A DNA stretch of 64,000 nucleotides from Candidatus Nomurabacteria bacterium. Its GTDB lineage: Bacteria; Patescibacteriota; Saccharimonadia; Saccharimonadales; HK-STAS-PATE-42. A program made the translations under genes and the position numbers. Where the stretch lies: assembly GCA_023898665.1 (NCBI GenBank), contig CP060233.1:356368-420367 (forward strand), written 5' to 3'. Under the pieces are notes generated by a model. That model searched no databases. It saw nothing but the letters and a program-made list of their open reading frames with translations, and was not told the origin of the DNA. Shown piece by piece: positions 27,647 through 38,996 of the stretch. Position 1 is the first letter of the stretch; the number at the start of each line of letters is the position of its first letter.

Positions 27647-28411
27647 TTATTTTTTAATAGCAGAATACATTAAATTAGAGTCATTCTTAGAGCCACCGCC
27701 AAAAAACTTTACATCAACATTTTTATACCCATTATCTTCCAGAATCTTCTTAAGTGATTTTTTGTTGAAAAGGACAATGTGATCAGTGGGATCATAAATG
27801 TCTTGTTCGCTTACCTTCCAATGATCACTGTCGATGTTTGGAGTAGTCCCAAAAAGTAATCCACCTTTTTTCTGAATCTTTCTAATACTTTTCAATGCTT
27901 TTTGGATGTCATAAAAATGCTCTATAACCTCAACCATAACTACGCAATCAAATTTGTCACCTTTTAGCTTGTAGTTTTCTATCAAAGAAGTATCTACAGG
28001 AAGTTTAAATACCTTTTTAGCCCAACTAGCTGCAGGCTTGCTTAGTTCTAAGCTAAATGTATTCCAACCTCTTGAAAAAAGAGTATAGCTTAACATGCCA
28101 AGTCCTGAGCCAATCTCTAACAATCTTCCATGAGGATTGCCAACTTTAGATCTGTAAGCGTGATCTATCTCTCCGGCCATGTAGCGAGTACCTTCTGGGT
28201 TAATAATTGAGAGGTATCCTTCTGGGTCATCCAAATAAGTTTCGGGACTCTTTGAGTTTAAATGGCGAGTGGTAGAATATATAGTTCCACACTCTAAGCA
28301 TTTAGCATATCTTTGTTTTCCAATGACTCTGAAATCCTTATTTCTGTTATTACCACAAACATCACAAGTCTCATTTGATTTCTTCACTTTTGTCAGACCC
28401 TTTTTTATCAT
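27647..28411 (-). CDS. class I SAM-dependent methyltransferase with an N-terminal Cys4 zinc ribbon
   Basis: CDVCGN..CLECGT, then motif I LLEIGSGLGMLS and the post-I/II blocks DCVVMVEVIEHF..GGLLFGTTPN. Confidence 0.85.
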   Translation of the reverse strand: MIKKGLTKVKKSNETCDVCGNNRNKDFRVIGKQRYAKCLECGTIYSTTRHLNSKSPETYLDDPEGYLSIINPEGTRYMAGEIDHAYRSKVGNPHGRLLEIGSGLGMLSYTLFSRGWNTFSLELSKPAASWAKKVFKLPVDTSLIENYKLKGDKFDCVVMVEVIEHFYDIQKALKSIRKIQKKGGLLFGTTPNIDSDHWKVSEQDIYDPTDHIVLFNKKSLKKILEDNGYKNVDVKFFGGGSKNDSNLMYSAIKK

Positions 28412-28415
28412 AATT

Positions 28416-31400
28416 CTATCCTTTTATCTTATTTATAACTTCCATGACTGCGTCTTGGTAGCGCTTTTCACCATAATCTTTAGCTTGTTTGAGTCCATTT
28501 GATATGAGCTTTTCCCTTACCTTATTATCATTTAGTACGTTGAATATTGAATTTGCTATTTCTGTAGGGCTATTTCTGCTAATTATACAGTTTTGGTTAT
28601 TCTTGTATAGATCTGACCAGTCACTGCTTTTGTTATCGTTGATAACAACTGGTACACCTGACGCCATCATTTCTAGAGGTATTACACCTGGATGTTGGCT
28701 GAACATAAGAAATAGGCATGCATCAAACGAGGAGTAAAAATCTTTTAGATCAGTATAAGGGACTTTACCAGCAACTGATAGTCCTTTTTCTTCCAGCTTG
28801 TAACTTTTTGAGTAGCTCTGAGCCCCGGCAATTACTATCTCGATATCATCTCCTAGTTTGGTTTTTAATTTAGTTAGTGCTGCTATTCCTAGCTCAAATC
28901 CATTCCGGGGCGAGTCTGGTCTTCCATAAAACATTACTCTCTTTACTTTTTTATTTGCATAGAGTGGTGCGCTCTGTGCTTTTGATTTAGTGTGATTTAT
29001 ATAATCACTTAAATCAAGCAACGAGGGTAAATAAGTAGAGTCATTATTTTTATTGTATTGTTCATATCTAGTGCCGAGAGCTTTTGTTCCCGCTAAAGCT
29101 AGATACCCAAAATCGTAAGTTGCTTCTGACATTGCCGATAAAGTACCTTTGGGGTAGAAATCAGGCTCCCAGTCTTGAAGGATGTAGCATTTTCGTTTAG
29201 TTTTATTGTATTTGAGCATGTCGTAAGCAGTTGTCCATAAGGTGCAGATGGCGATGGTAGAGCTTTCTATATCTATGGTGCTTGAGTTTCTGCTAGCGAT
29301 GAATCTGGAATCCTTTAATGCAGGGAATTGCGATATAACAAGTTTTTTTGGTATCTTTATGCTCACATTCGAATTAAGTATGAAGGTATGCCTTGTTTCT
29401 TCTCGCATAGTTAGTTCGTTAGCTAAAGCGAAAATATTTTTAAGCCCCGCATACAAACTTTCGAACATCGGAATAAACCAAATAGCAGAGTCTATACTGC
29501 TTATTTTTCCTGTTGAATTAGCAGCTTTTATGCTCAAATCTATATCTTCTTGAGAGAAATCGTATTGGGCAGAAAGGTTATTAGCTTCATTTTGGTACTG
29601 TGATTGGTCTTCATCATTATTACCCTGAATTTCTGAGAAATAAGGTCTCAAATCAGCACCTTTTTGGAGATTTTTTAAGAACTGTTCTTTTCGTGAATCA
29701 CTTGTGATATTTCGTTCGTCAAACTGTGGTCCACTGAGTAGTAAGGATAGATTAGGGTTGAAGTAACCATCTCCAATAGTTTTACTGAAGTATTTCTCAG
29801 CAAGTTTGACAACTGAAAGAGATGGGGCATCTTCCTGTCCAGAAGTTTCTTTTTCAATATTTAAAGTTACGTATGGTGTAGAGACTATCCTAAAATCTGA
29901 AGCTCGCAACAACAAGTTAATCTTCCAGAAAATGTCGAGTACGCTATCAGTCTCTTCGCAATAAAGATCTTTGTTTATTTTTGATAAAGCTGAGGATTTA
30001 ATTAAAGAGAAAAATGGTGATCCAGCGGATGTGTTTCTGACCCACTCATGAAATCCAAAGATGGAAGGTGTGTAGGTGCCTTCTGAATATATTGGACCAA
30101 AGAGAGACCTAAAGCCTAGAATCCTGCCAACATCAAATAAACCTCCATTATGATCTTTGATATGAGGGCTTGCAACAGCAACCTCGGGTATACTTAGCCA
30201 TCCGGCTACTTCGTGAATCTGTTGGGTGCTTATTTTAGAATTTACATTTGAGTTAAGCACCAGTAGGTCTTGATCGGGTTTTTTATCTCTTATTGAAGAT
30301 AAAAACTTTTTACCATCACGGGAATCTATTGTTACTACGCTGTAATCAAAATTAACTCCTTTAAGTTGCTTTGAGAGCCTTTCTTTAGAGGTGGTATCGT
30401 CAAGATCAGTTATGAAAAGTATAAGGATTTTTTGATTAACCCTTTGATTCTTCCAATGTAAGTTTAAAAAACCATCTTTTGTATGTGTAACGGTAACATC
30501 TAATCCAGCTTTTTTTGCAGAGTAAGTAATTGCGTTTCTTTGGCCTTCTAATGCATATGGCTTAGCCATTATTGAGTGCGCAGTGGAGGTCTCTAGGACT
30601 CTCCAATGGTATAGAACTTTCGGTATGTGGCCAACTTTTTTTGATACCTTAATCAATCTAAGGAATAAATCCCAATCTTGCGCTCCATCTGTGTTAGTCT
30701 GCCAGCCACCAATTTTTTTTATTAGGGAGTGTTTAAAGACATTGAGATGAGTGAGATAGTTAGAATTAAACATTATCTCTGGAGACCAATCTGGTTTAAA
30801 CATCGGCTCGTAATGTCTCCCATTTTCGTCTATTTTATCTTTGTCAGAATAAATAAAGTCATAATCATCTTCGTTTATCATCTTTGCGTTTTCGTATAAT
30901 GCATCAGGTGAAATTAAATCATCATGATCGAGAAGGGCTATATAGTCCCCAGTAGCCTGTTCTAAGCATGCGTTTGAGTCGGTCGCAATTCCTCCGTTAG
31001 TAGGCATGAATCGTACTTTAATACGGTTATCTATCTTTTGGTATTTCTTTAGTAGAGCAATAGATTCTTCATTCTGGGCAACTTCAGCAATGCAGAGTTC
31101 AAAGTATGGATAAGTTTGGTTTAATACGGATTTAATCAGATCCTCAAGCACGTCTGTAGGGGGCTTATACACAGGGGTTATTATGCTTATGACTGGTTTC
31201 TTTTTAAAGTTTTTAGATTCTTCTCTTTGAGTATTTAGATCTCTGTCCGACAATGAATTATCTATTCGCCATGTCTGGTATGCCTCATTCATATCGTTAA
31301 TTTTGTTAGTTGGCGCGTTTTGATTAACAATCAGTTTATTTTTTACTGCGTACATAAAGCCTGTTAGGCCTTCGCTGCTCAGTTTTCTGGTAACCTTACT

Positions 31401-31469
31401 AACTGCTCTAGTAGGGTTCTTAATCACATTCTTTGTAAGTAATACAATTCTCTTGGCTTTGGGTCTCAT
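28416..31469 (-). CDS. multidomain glycosyltransferase (N-terminal GT2, unassigned central region, C-terminal GT1/GT4-like)
   Basis: The GT2 signature is VISIITPVYKPP..YIALLDHDD. The C-terminal third ends with a GT-B-like block (FDACLFLMFSQHPGVIPLEMMASGVPVV). Length is 1017 aa. Confidence 0.8.
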   Translation of the reverse strand: MRPKAKRIVLLTKNVIKNPTRAVSKVTRKLSSEGLTGFMYAVKNKLIVNQNAPTNKINDMNEAYQTWRIDNSLSDRDLNTQREESKNFKKKPVISIITPVYKPPTDVLEDLIKSVLNQTYPYFELCIAEVAQNEESIALLKKYQKIDNRIKVRFMPTNGGIATDSNACLEQATGDYIALLDHDDLISPDALYENAKMINEDDYDFIYSDKDKIDENGRHYEPMFKPDWSPEIMFNSNYLTHLNVFKHSLIKKIGGWQTNTDGAQDWDLFLRLIKVSKKVGHIPKVLYHWRVLETSTAHSIMAKPYALEGQRNAITYSAKKAGLDVTVTHTKDGFLNLHWKNQRVNQKILILFITDLDDTTSKERLSKQLKGVNFDYSVVTIDSRDGKKFLSSIRDKKPDQDLLVLNSNVNSKISTQQIHEVAGWLSIPEVAVASPHIKDHNGGLFDVGRILGFRSLFGPIYSEGTYTPSIFGFHEWVRNTSAGSPFFSLIKSSALSKINKDLYCEETDSVLDIFWKINLLLRASDFRIVSTPYVTLNIEKETSGQEDAPSLSVVKLAEKYFSKTIGDGYFNPNLSLLLSGPQFDERNITSDSRKEQFLKNLQKGADLRPYFSEIQGNNDEDQSQYQNEANNLSAQYDFSQEDIDLSIKAANSTGKISSIDSAIWFIPMFESLYAGLKNIFALANELTMREETRHTFILNSNVSIKIPKKLVISQFPALKDSRFIASRNSSTIDIESSTIAICTLWTTAYDMLKYNKTKRKCYILQDWEPDFYPKGTLSAMSEATYDFGYLALAGTKALGTRYEQYNKNNDSTYLPSLLDLSDYINHTKSKAQSAPLYANKKVKRVMFYGRPDSPRNGFELGIAALTKLKTKLGDDIEIVIAGAQSYSKSYKLEEKGLSVAGKVPYTDLKDFYSSFDACLFLMFSQHPGVIPLEMMASGVPVVINDNKSSDWSDLYKNNQNCIISRNSPTEIANSIFNVLNDNKVREKLISNGLKQAKDYGEKRYQDAVMEVINKIKG

Positions 31470-31485
31470 ATATTTATTATTGAAT

Positions 31486-32550
31486 TTATTTCTTTATCTT
31501 TTTTACAAGATTTATGGTCGACTCTGACAAAGGGATTTTTTTTAGTGCCGCTCTATGATTAAAAATATGTCTCTCTAGCTCATTATTTCGATCTTTTAGT
31601 CTTTCGATTTCTTCTTTGAGCGTTTCAAACTTTTGCTCTACAAGACCTTTCTCATAACTTAGAGATCCTAAAGTTTTCTTGGCTTCATAAATCGCTTTAG
31701 TTTGCGTCATAACAAGTTTAGCAATAATAATAGAGTAAAGCATCTCATAATCTAGGTAGGAACTATTACTTATTGATTTTATTTTTATTTCTGGTAGTTT
31801 ATTTTGTGAGGCAATGATTATTTTTCTGTATCCTTGGTCTGTAAAGAAACTTGACGGCTTTTTCTCAAATTCTGTATTAAATTCAGTATTGATAGCTTCT
31901 ATCGTAGCTTTTTTAATCTGCTCACTTGAAGCTGTAGCTAAGTTTGCAAATGCTGAGGCAAGCCAAAAATTAAATGGTAATGTAGCTACAGAGTTAGTCT
32001 TCCAGCCAGCCTTGTCAAAATAATTTCTGATTTTGTCTAAATTTGGTTTTTTACATTCAAAATGTTCTAATAGCCAATCCTGATCAACTCCAAATAGCTC
32101 CTTATTTATGGAATTTAATGAATGTTCAAATTTGTCGGTTTGGAAATCGTCATAGGGACCAGCAATAATTACAGCTTCTTTTGTTAGTTGAATAGCAGAT
32201 TCAATAACTGATCTTTTATTTGCATCACCTGAAACATGTTCGAGCATATCTATCATAATCGTAAAGTCGAATTTTTTATTAAGCTTTCTAGCTTCTTCCC
32301 CCGTAGATTGTATATAGGTAATCTTGCTATTCAAACCAGCTGGCTTTGGCCTTGGGTCTACTATTGTTAATTCAAAGGCAAAGCCACTTTCAATAAGGAA
32401 GTCATAAATAAAAGTCGATGACCCCCCAATATCTAGAATTGAGTATGTCTTATTTTTAGAACTGTTTTTTGTCATACTTTCTAAAAGAAAAATCACAGTT
32501 CTAAATCTTGTGAAGGCATCTGGTTGCAGCTTGAAATAACTTTTTTTCAT
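31486..32550 (-). CDS. SAM-dependent methyltransferase with a C-terminal coiled coil (WbdD-like terminator/ruler candidate)
   Basis: Motif I ILDIGGSSTF and MIDMLEHV. The C-terminal heptad-rich segment is LVEQKFETLKEEIERLKDRNNELERHI. It sits directly downstream of wzt on the same strand. Confidence 0.75.
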   Translation of the reverse strand: MKKSYFKLQPDAFTRFRTVIFLLESMTKNSSKNKTYSILDIGGSSTFIYDFLIESGFAFELTIVDPRPKPAGLNSKITYIQSTGEEARKLNKKFDFTIMIDMLEHVSGDANKRSVIESAIQLTKEAVIIAGPYDDFQTDKFEHSLNSINKELFGVDQDWLLEHFECKKPNLDKIRNYFDKAGWKTNSVATLPFNFWLASAFANLATASSEQIKKATIEAINTEFNTEFEKKPSSFFTDQGYRKIIIASQNKLPEIKIKSISNSSYLDYEMLYSIIIAKLVMTQTKAIYEAKKTLGSLSYEKGLVEQKFETLKEEIERLKDRNNELERHIFNHRAALKKIPLSESTINLVKKIKK

Positions 32551-32553
32551 AAT

Positions 32554-33762
32554 CTACTTTATAACTTCGAATAAATTATCCATGATTACTAAGCCGCCCT
32601 CACTGGTCTCGCCATATACGCTAAAGCTGACAGGACGCTCTATACTGTCAAATTGTTGTGTAAAGCTTGGGTCGAACACAGTAACTGAAATGGAATATGT
32701 GCCGCTATTGAGATTTGGTTTTTTGAACCATAGTATTAACTCTTTTATCGAGGAATCTAATTTAACATTTTTCGTGTTCGGTCCTATAATGTTCTCGTTC
32801 TTTTCACCAGTAACGTTTAGACCAACTACTAAGTTCTGATTACTATTGAGGGATATGTTGCTAAATGACATTTTAATTCCGATATCTTCTCCAATAGAAA
32901 ATCTAGACGAAGCTTTTCCGGATTTTTTAATAGTCTGTACTTTATCTGTAATGAATTCTCCTGAGCCCCACCTAACAAACTGATTTGTTAAACTAGACTC
33001 TTTCTTTGAGTGTTCAGAAGAATCATTAAGCTGAAAGTATCTAATTTTAGCTTCTGTTGGATCACATGTCGCAAGTTGATTGCCTGCATCAAGCACAACA
33101 ACCCTATCACAATATCGCTCAACATCTGCCATATTGTGTGAGACAAATACTATTGTTTTACCCTCCTCTTTTAATGTGTTAAAAGTACGGTAACATTTTC
33201 TTTGGAAGTTACTGTCTCCAACAGCTAGAACTTCGTCAATAATTAGTATGTCGGTTTTTGCTCTTATTGCGATCGAGAACGCCAAACGTACCTGCATACC
33301 ACTTGAGTAGTTTTTTAACTTTTGGTCCATGAATTTTTCAAGTTCTGCAAATTCAACAATTTCATCATACATTTCATTGACTTCTTTTTTATTGAAGCCA
33401 AGCATGGCACCATTCATGTATATATTTTCTCGTCCAGTAAGCTCTGGGTTAAAACCTACGCCTAGTTCAATAAAAGGTGTAAGGGAGCCATTTATAGACA
33501 CATTACCCTTAGTCGGAGTGTAAATTTTTGCCAAAACTTTAAGCAAAGTTGATTTCCCGCTACCATTCCTGCCTACAATACCAAAAAATTCTCCTTTATT
33601 AACTTCGAATGAAATGTTCTTTAATGCGTGTTGCTTCTCACTGCTTGTTCTTTTAAATGGATGTAGTATTTTTTGCTTTAAGTTGTTATTTAACTCATGG
33701 GGAAGAATGAAGTCTTTATATACTCCCTCAACCTTTATTGCTACTTCTTTATTTTCTTCCAT
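32554..33762 (-). CDS. wzt: polysaccharide ABC exporter ATP-binding protein with a C-terminal Wzt_C-like carbohydrate-binding domain
   Basis: Walker A GRNGSGKST, signature YSSGMQVRLAFS, Walker B ILIIDEVLA. About 140 extra beta-rich residues begin at RWGSGEFITDKV. Confidence 0.9.
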   Translation of the reverse strand: MEENKEVAIKVEGVYKDFILPHELNNNLKQKILHPFKRTSSEKQHALKNISFEVNKGEFFGIVGRNGSGKSTLLKVLAKIYTPTKGNVSINGSLTPFIELGVGFNPELTGRENIYMNGAMLGFNKKEVNEMYDEIVEFAELEKFMDQKLKNYSSGMQVRLAFSIAIRAKTDILIIDEVLAVGDSNFQRKCYRTFNTLKEEGKTIVFVSHNMADVERYCDRVVVLDAGNQLATCDPTEAKIRYFQLNDSSEHSKKESSLTNQFVRWGSGEFITDKVQTIKKSGKASSRFSIGEDIGIKMSFSNISLNSNQNLVVGLNVTGEKNENIIGPNTKNVKLDSSIKELILWFKKPNLNSGTYSISVTVFDPSFTQQFDSIERPVSFSVYGETSEGGLVIMDNLFEVIK

Positions 33763-33768
33763 ATGTTC

Positions 33769-34596
33769 TTAAATCTGTTCTGCAAAAAACTTTGATCTCT
33801 TTCTAAAGTATACTGAACCTACTAACAAAATTAATGGGACAAGCAGGTATGGTATCAATGCAAAAGGCATCTGCACTATGTCAGTTGTTCTAGCTGTACT
33901 TTTTGTAACTAAACTATAACGTAAATCTTGAATAATCTGTGATACAGGATTAAGCATTATTATTTTAGCTGCAGTCGCATTGAATTCGGTAAAAACTAGG
34001 TGAATATCGTATATGATGGGTATGGCATAAAAGGCTGCTTGCATTAACACCTCCCATATGTGGCTAAGATCCCGGAAGTTCACATATAAGGTAGAAAGTA
34101 TTAGCCCAATCCCTAGCACTAGTGCATATACTTCACCTATGAGTAATGGGGCAAATAGGGCTTGTGATCCAAAACTGACACCATTGAATAGTGCAAATAT
34201 TAAAACTATTACTAGGCTTAAAAACAAGTTTATGAGGGAAGATACTGTACCCGAAATAACAATAATATACTTAGGAAATGAGATTTTGCGTATTAAATCA
34301 CCTCTTCCAACTATTGAGCTCAACGCTCCCCCAGTTGATTCGATAAAGAATGTCCATAGGACTATACCTAATAAGAGATAGACTGGATAGTGAGGTATGC
34401 CTGCTCCGAAACTGAATATTTTTGTAAATACAACGTAGAGTACAGTGAATAGTCCAAGAGGCTTAAGTAAACTCCAGGCGTAGCCTAGGAAAGAGTTTTG
34501 GTATCTAAGTTTAAACTCTGTCTTAACAAGCTCTCTTAATAGAGATTTGTTGCGCTTAGAGAAAAGGTTATTGGATAGGGCTTTTACTTCTGACAT
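33769..34596 (-). CDS. wzm: ABC-2 type polysaccharide exporter permease
   Basis: Six-TM ABC-2 permease with the typical N-terminal KTEFKLRYQNSFLGYAWSLLKP block. The start at 34596 is preferred over the tracked 34626, because divergent -10 boxes lie inside the extension. Confidence 0.9.
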   Translation of the reverse strand: MSEVKALSNNLFSKRNKSLLRELVKTEFKLRYQNSFLGYAWSLLKPLGLFTVLYVVFTKIFSFGAGIPHYPVYLLLGIVLWTFFIESTGGALSSIVGRGDLIRKISFPKYIIVISGTVSSLINLFLSLVIVLIFALFNGVSFGSQALFAPLLIGEVYALVLGIGLILSTLYVNFRDLSHIWEVLMQAAFYAIPIIYDIHLVFTEFNATAAKIIMLNPVSQIIQDLRYSLVTKSTARTTDIVQMPFALIPYLLVPLILLVGSVYFRKRSKFFAEQI

Positions 34597-34656
34597 TTTT
34601 AATACGTTAATGTATAATTCTAGCATACCTGAATAACTATTTTCACTTTAAGTTTA

Positions 34657-35676
34657 ATGAGAAAAATACTAGTTGGTGTCCTTTGTTGGAATAATATTGA
34701 AATAATCAGTGATGCAGTTGATTCATTGTTAGATCAATCTATTAAAATTGATATCTTTGTTGTCGATAATGGGTCTACCGATGGATCTTACGACTTTTTG
34801 AAGGATAAATATGAAGATAATATTATCCTTCATCAGAATAAAAAGAATAAAGGTTTTGCTGGAGGGGCTAATAATGTTTTAAGACATGCCATTGAAAATG
34901 GATATGATTACGTAGCTCTTCTAAATTCTGATGCTAAAGCTCATAAAGAATGGACTTTAAGTTTAGCTAGTGTACTTGATGAAAACAAAAAAGCAGGAGT
35001 CTCAACCTCAAAAATATTAAAACTTGATGGAAAGACAATTGATACGACTGGCGAGCAGTTTTATACTTGGGGACTATCTTCACCTAGAGGAAGAGATGAA
35101 AAAGATAATGGTCAATACAATAAAGAATGCCAGGTTTTTGGAGGTTCTGGTGGAGCCTCTATGTATCGAGTCAGTATGCTAAAAGAAGTTGGATTATTTG
35201 ATGAAGATTTTTTTGCTTATTATGAGGATGCAGATTTAAGCTTTAGGGCAAATTTAGCGGGCTGGAAAGTTATTTATACTCCTAAGGCAATAGTTGAGCA
35301 TGAAATTGGAGCTAGTAGCTCTAAGGTAAGTGGCTTAGCTTATAAGATGAGCGTAAAAAATCAGATCATGCTTTTAGTGAAAAATGTACCTTTAAAAAAT
35401 TACTTTCAAATAATGCTTAGATTTAAGGTCTTATGGATCGGCAATATTGTTAGTGGTTTAAAACAGGGTTATTTTAAGCAGACAATATCTTCTTTATTAA
35501 TACTTATAGTATTGTTACCAAAAAAGTTCATACAAAGAGTTAAGATTCAAAGATTAAGAAAGAAAAAGAATATTAACGCTGATGATATTTATATGTTAAT
35601 TAGTCCTGGGTACCCAAAAATTATTAATGATAACACTACGGTTAAATTAGTTAGAAAGTTAAGCTTTTGGCGTTAA
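34657..35676 (+). CDS. GT2 family glycosyltransferase (rhamnosyltransferase-like)
   Basis: [16 protein letters not shown] and [10 protein letters not shown] motifs, plus a C-terminal membrane-associated tail. Confidence 0.85.
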   Translation: MRKILVGVLCWNNIEIISDAVDSLLDQSIKIDIFVVDNGSTDGSYDFLKDKYEDNIILHQNKKNKGFAGGANNVLRHAIENGYDYVALLNSDAKAHKEWTLSLASVLDENKKAGVSTSKILKLDGKTIDTTGEQFYTWGLSSPRGRDEKDNGQYNKECQVFGGSGGASMYRVSMLKEVGLFDEDFFAYYEDADLSFRANLAGWKVIYTPKAIVEHEIGASSSKVSGLAYKMSVKNQIMLLVKNVPLKNYFQIMLRFKVLWIGNIVSGLKQGYFKQTISSLLILIVLLPKKFIQRVKIQRLRKKKNINADDIYMLISPGYPKIINDNTTVKLVRKLSFWR

Positions 35677-36536
35677 GAATTTGCAATACTTAATAAGTAT
35701 TTACCGTAGCCACTCTTTACTAATGGCTCGGCAATTGTCATAAGTTGATCTCTATCTATCCATCCGTTTCTAAAAGCAATTTCTTCAGGGCAACCAACTT
35801 TTACGCCTTGTCTGTGTTCTATTACTTTTACAAATTCTCCTGCTTGATGAAGTGTCTCAAAGGTTCCAGTGTCTAGCCAGGCAGTACCTCTATCTAAGAG
35901 AGCCACCTTTAAGTTACCTGATTTTAGGTATGCATTTTGGATTTCTGTTATCTCTATCTCACCTCTTGGGCTTGGTTTAACGTTCTTTGCATACTCAACA
36001 CACTTATTATCAAAAAAGTATAATCCTGGAATGGCATATTTACTCTTTGGCTGCTCTGGTTTCTCTACGATCGAGACTACATTCATGTCTTTATCGAACT
36101 CTACGACGCCATATCTTTCTGGATCATGGACTTCTGCTCCAAATATTAGTCCCCCAGCAATATCTGTATATTGCTTAAGTTTAGAGCCCATCTCCGAGCC
36201 ATAGAAGATGTTATCTCCCAACACTAGTGCAACTTTATCACTTCCTATGAAATCTGCACCTAGTATAAAAGCATCTGCTAAGCCTCGTGGCTCTTCTTGG
36301 ACGGTATATTCTAGATTTATCCCCCATTCCTTTCCATCACCTAATAACTCTTTAAACCTTGGCAGATCTTTTGGTGTTGATATAATTAGCACTTCATTTA
36401 TTCCAGCCAGCATTAATGTACTGAGTGGGTAGTAAATCATTGGTTTATCATATAGGGGTATAAGCTGCTTACTTACTCCTTTTGTTATTGGATAAAGTCT
36501 AGTTCCAGAACCTCCCGCTAGAATAATTCCCTTCAT
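35673..36536 (-). CDS. rfbA: glucose-1-phosphate thymidylyltransferase
   Basis: [22 protein letters not shown] and LGDNIFYG motifs. Length is 287 aa. Confidence 0.95.
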   Translation of the reverse strand: MKGIILAGGSGTRLYPITKGVSKQLIPLYDKPMIYYPLSTLMLAGINEVLIISTPKDLPRFKELLGDGKEWGINLEYTVQEEPRGLADAFILGADFIGSDKVALVLGDNIFYGSEMGSKLKQYTDIAGGLIFGAEVHDPERYGVVEFDKDMNVVSIVEKPEQPKSKYAIPGLYFFDNKCVEYAKNVKPSPRGEIEITEIQNAYLKSGNLKVALLDRGTAWLDTGTFETLHQAGEFVKVIEHRQGVKVGCPEEIAFRNGWIDRDQLMTIAEPLVKSGYGKYLLSIANS

Positions 36537-36538
36537 AT

Positions 36539-37390
36539 TTAGTTTGCTAACTCCTTTTTAATGTATTCTTTTAATTCGTATTCCCAACTTCTTGGTTTGA
36601 AACCCGAAGCTTTTATTTTATCAAGCTTCAATGCGCTATTCTTTGGTCTTGCAGCTATGTTTTCTTTGTCTTTGTAGTATTCTTCAGTGGAAATTCCTAA
36701 CACCCTGGATGGATCATGACCAGTAAGCTCAAATGTTTTTTTTGCGATATCAAACCAGCTAACTATTGAGCCACTATTTGTGAGATTGTATACACCATAT
36801 GGGACGTTATTTGTTAAGGCAAATTCAATTGCGGCTGCTAGAGTATTAGTGAATGTAAGTCTACCGAACTGATCATCTACAACTGTGGGATTGATGCCTT
36901 TCTCCGCTAAAGATATCATAGTTCGAACAAAGTTATTGCCGTCTCCTATAACCCATGAAGTTCTAAAAATGTAGAATCTTTCTGCTCTTTGTGCCTCTTT
37001 GTCTCCTTGAGCCTTAGTCCTACCGTATATATTCAATGGATTTATCTCATCAACTTCTGTGTATTCTCCATTCTTTGTGCCGTCAAAAACATAATCTGTA
37101 GAAACATGAACGAGTGGTATCTCGTTAGTTTCAGCTAAGTCTACTAGATTAGTAACACCTGAAACGTTGATGGTCTCAGCAATTTTCACATTCTCTTCTT
37201 TTTCTGCTTCATCAACTCTTGTGTACGCAGCGGCATTTATAATTGCCTTACAGTCATCTATATTAAAGTTCACAACTTTATTTAGATTTGTTATATCTAG
37301 CTCTTCTGCATCTACGGCAATATGATCTGGAAAAATCTTTTTTAGTGCCCTGCCTAGTTGACCATTTGACCCTGTGATTAATACTTTCAT
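36539..37390 (-). CDS. rfbD: dTDP-4-dehydrorhamnose reductase
   Basis: [13 protein letters not shown] Rossmann start, STDYVFDG and YGRTK catalytic blocks. Confidence 0.9.
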   Translation of the reverse strand: MKVLITGSNGQLGRALKKIFPDHIAVDAEELDITNLNKVVNFNIDDCKAIINAAAYTRVDEAEKEENVKIAETINVSGVTNLVDLAETNEIPLVHVSTDYVFDGTKNGEYTEVDEINPLNIYGRTKAQGDKEAQRAERFYIFRTSWVIGDGNNFVRTMISLAEKGINPTVVDDQFGRLTFTNTLAAAIEFALTNNVPYGVYNLTNSGSIVSWFDIAKKTFELTGHDPSRVLGISTEEYYKDKENIAARPKNSALKLDKIKASGFKPRSWEYELKEYIKKELAN

Positions 37391-37391
37391 A

Positions 37392-37952
37392 TTATTTATT
37401 TAAATCTTTTAAATAAGGGTGATTTTTATCTTTATCACTCATCGTTGCTTCGCTAAGAGGGATAGGCCAATCAATACCTAATTCGGGGTCTGCCAAGTTT
37501 ACAAATGTATATTGATCATATTGGTCCGGCTTCCAGTGTGCATCTACGATATAGGAATAATATGTAGGTTCAAGTGTCATAAAGCTATTGCCGCAACCTT
37601 TTGGAAGATAAACTGCTTTGGTAGGGTCAAGTTCAATTTGCACTACTTTGCCGAAGCTTTCCCCTTCTCTTAGGTCCACAAATGCACAAAATATCCTACC
37701 CGTTACAACCGATATGTATTTATTCCAAGGTTCGGCATGTATACCTCTTACCACCCCTATATCTTTGTTAAATGAAATATTGTGCTGAACTGGTGCAAAA
37801 TCTTCTGGCAACCCTAATTGAGCTTCTTTTGCCTTTTGAAATTTCTCTTGGAAAAAACCTCTCTCATCACTTATTGTGTTAACATCAAAAACTAATAATC
37901 CTGGTATGTCTGTTTCTTGGACTTTGAATTCAGTACTAGGTATTTCTGCCAT
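37392..37952 (-). CDS. rfbC: dTDP-4-dehydrorhamnose 3,5-epimerase
   Basis: Cupin fold with DERGFF, RGIHAEPW and KAVYLPKGCGNSF blocks. Confidence 0.9.
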   Translation of the reverse strand: MAEIPSTEFKVQETDIPGLLVFDVNTISDERGFFQEKFQKAKEAQLGLPEDFAPVQHNISFNKDIGVVRGIHAEPWNKYISVVTGRIFCAFVDLREGESFGKVVQIELDPTKAVYLPKGCGNSFMTLEPTYYSYIVDAHWKPDQYDQYTFVNLADPELGIDWPIPLSEATMSDKDKNHPYLKDLNK

Positions 37953-37956
37953 ATGT

Positions 37957-38961
<1,005 letters not shown>

Positions 38962-38996
38962 TTATAACATTAGATATTTTGTATAATCATTGTCAT

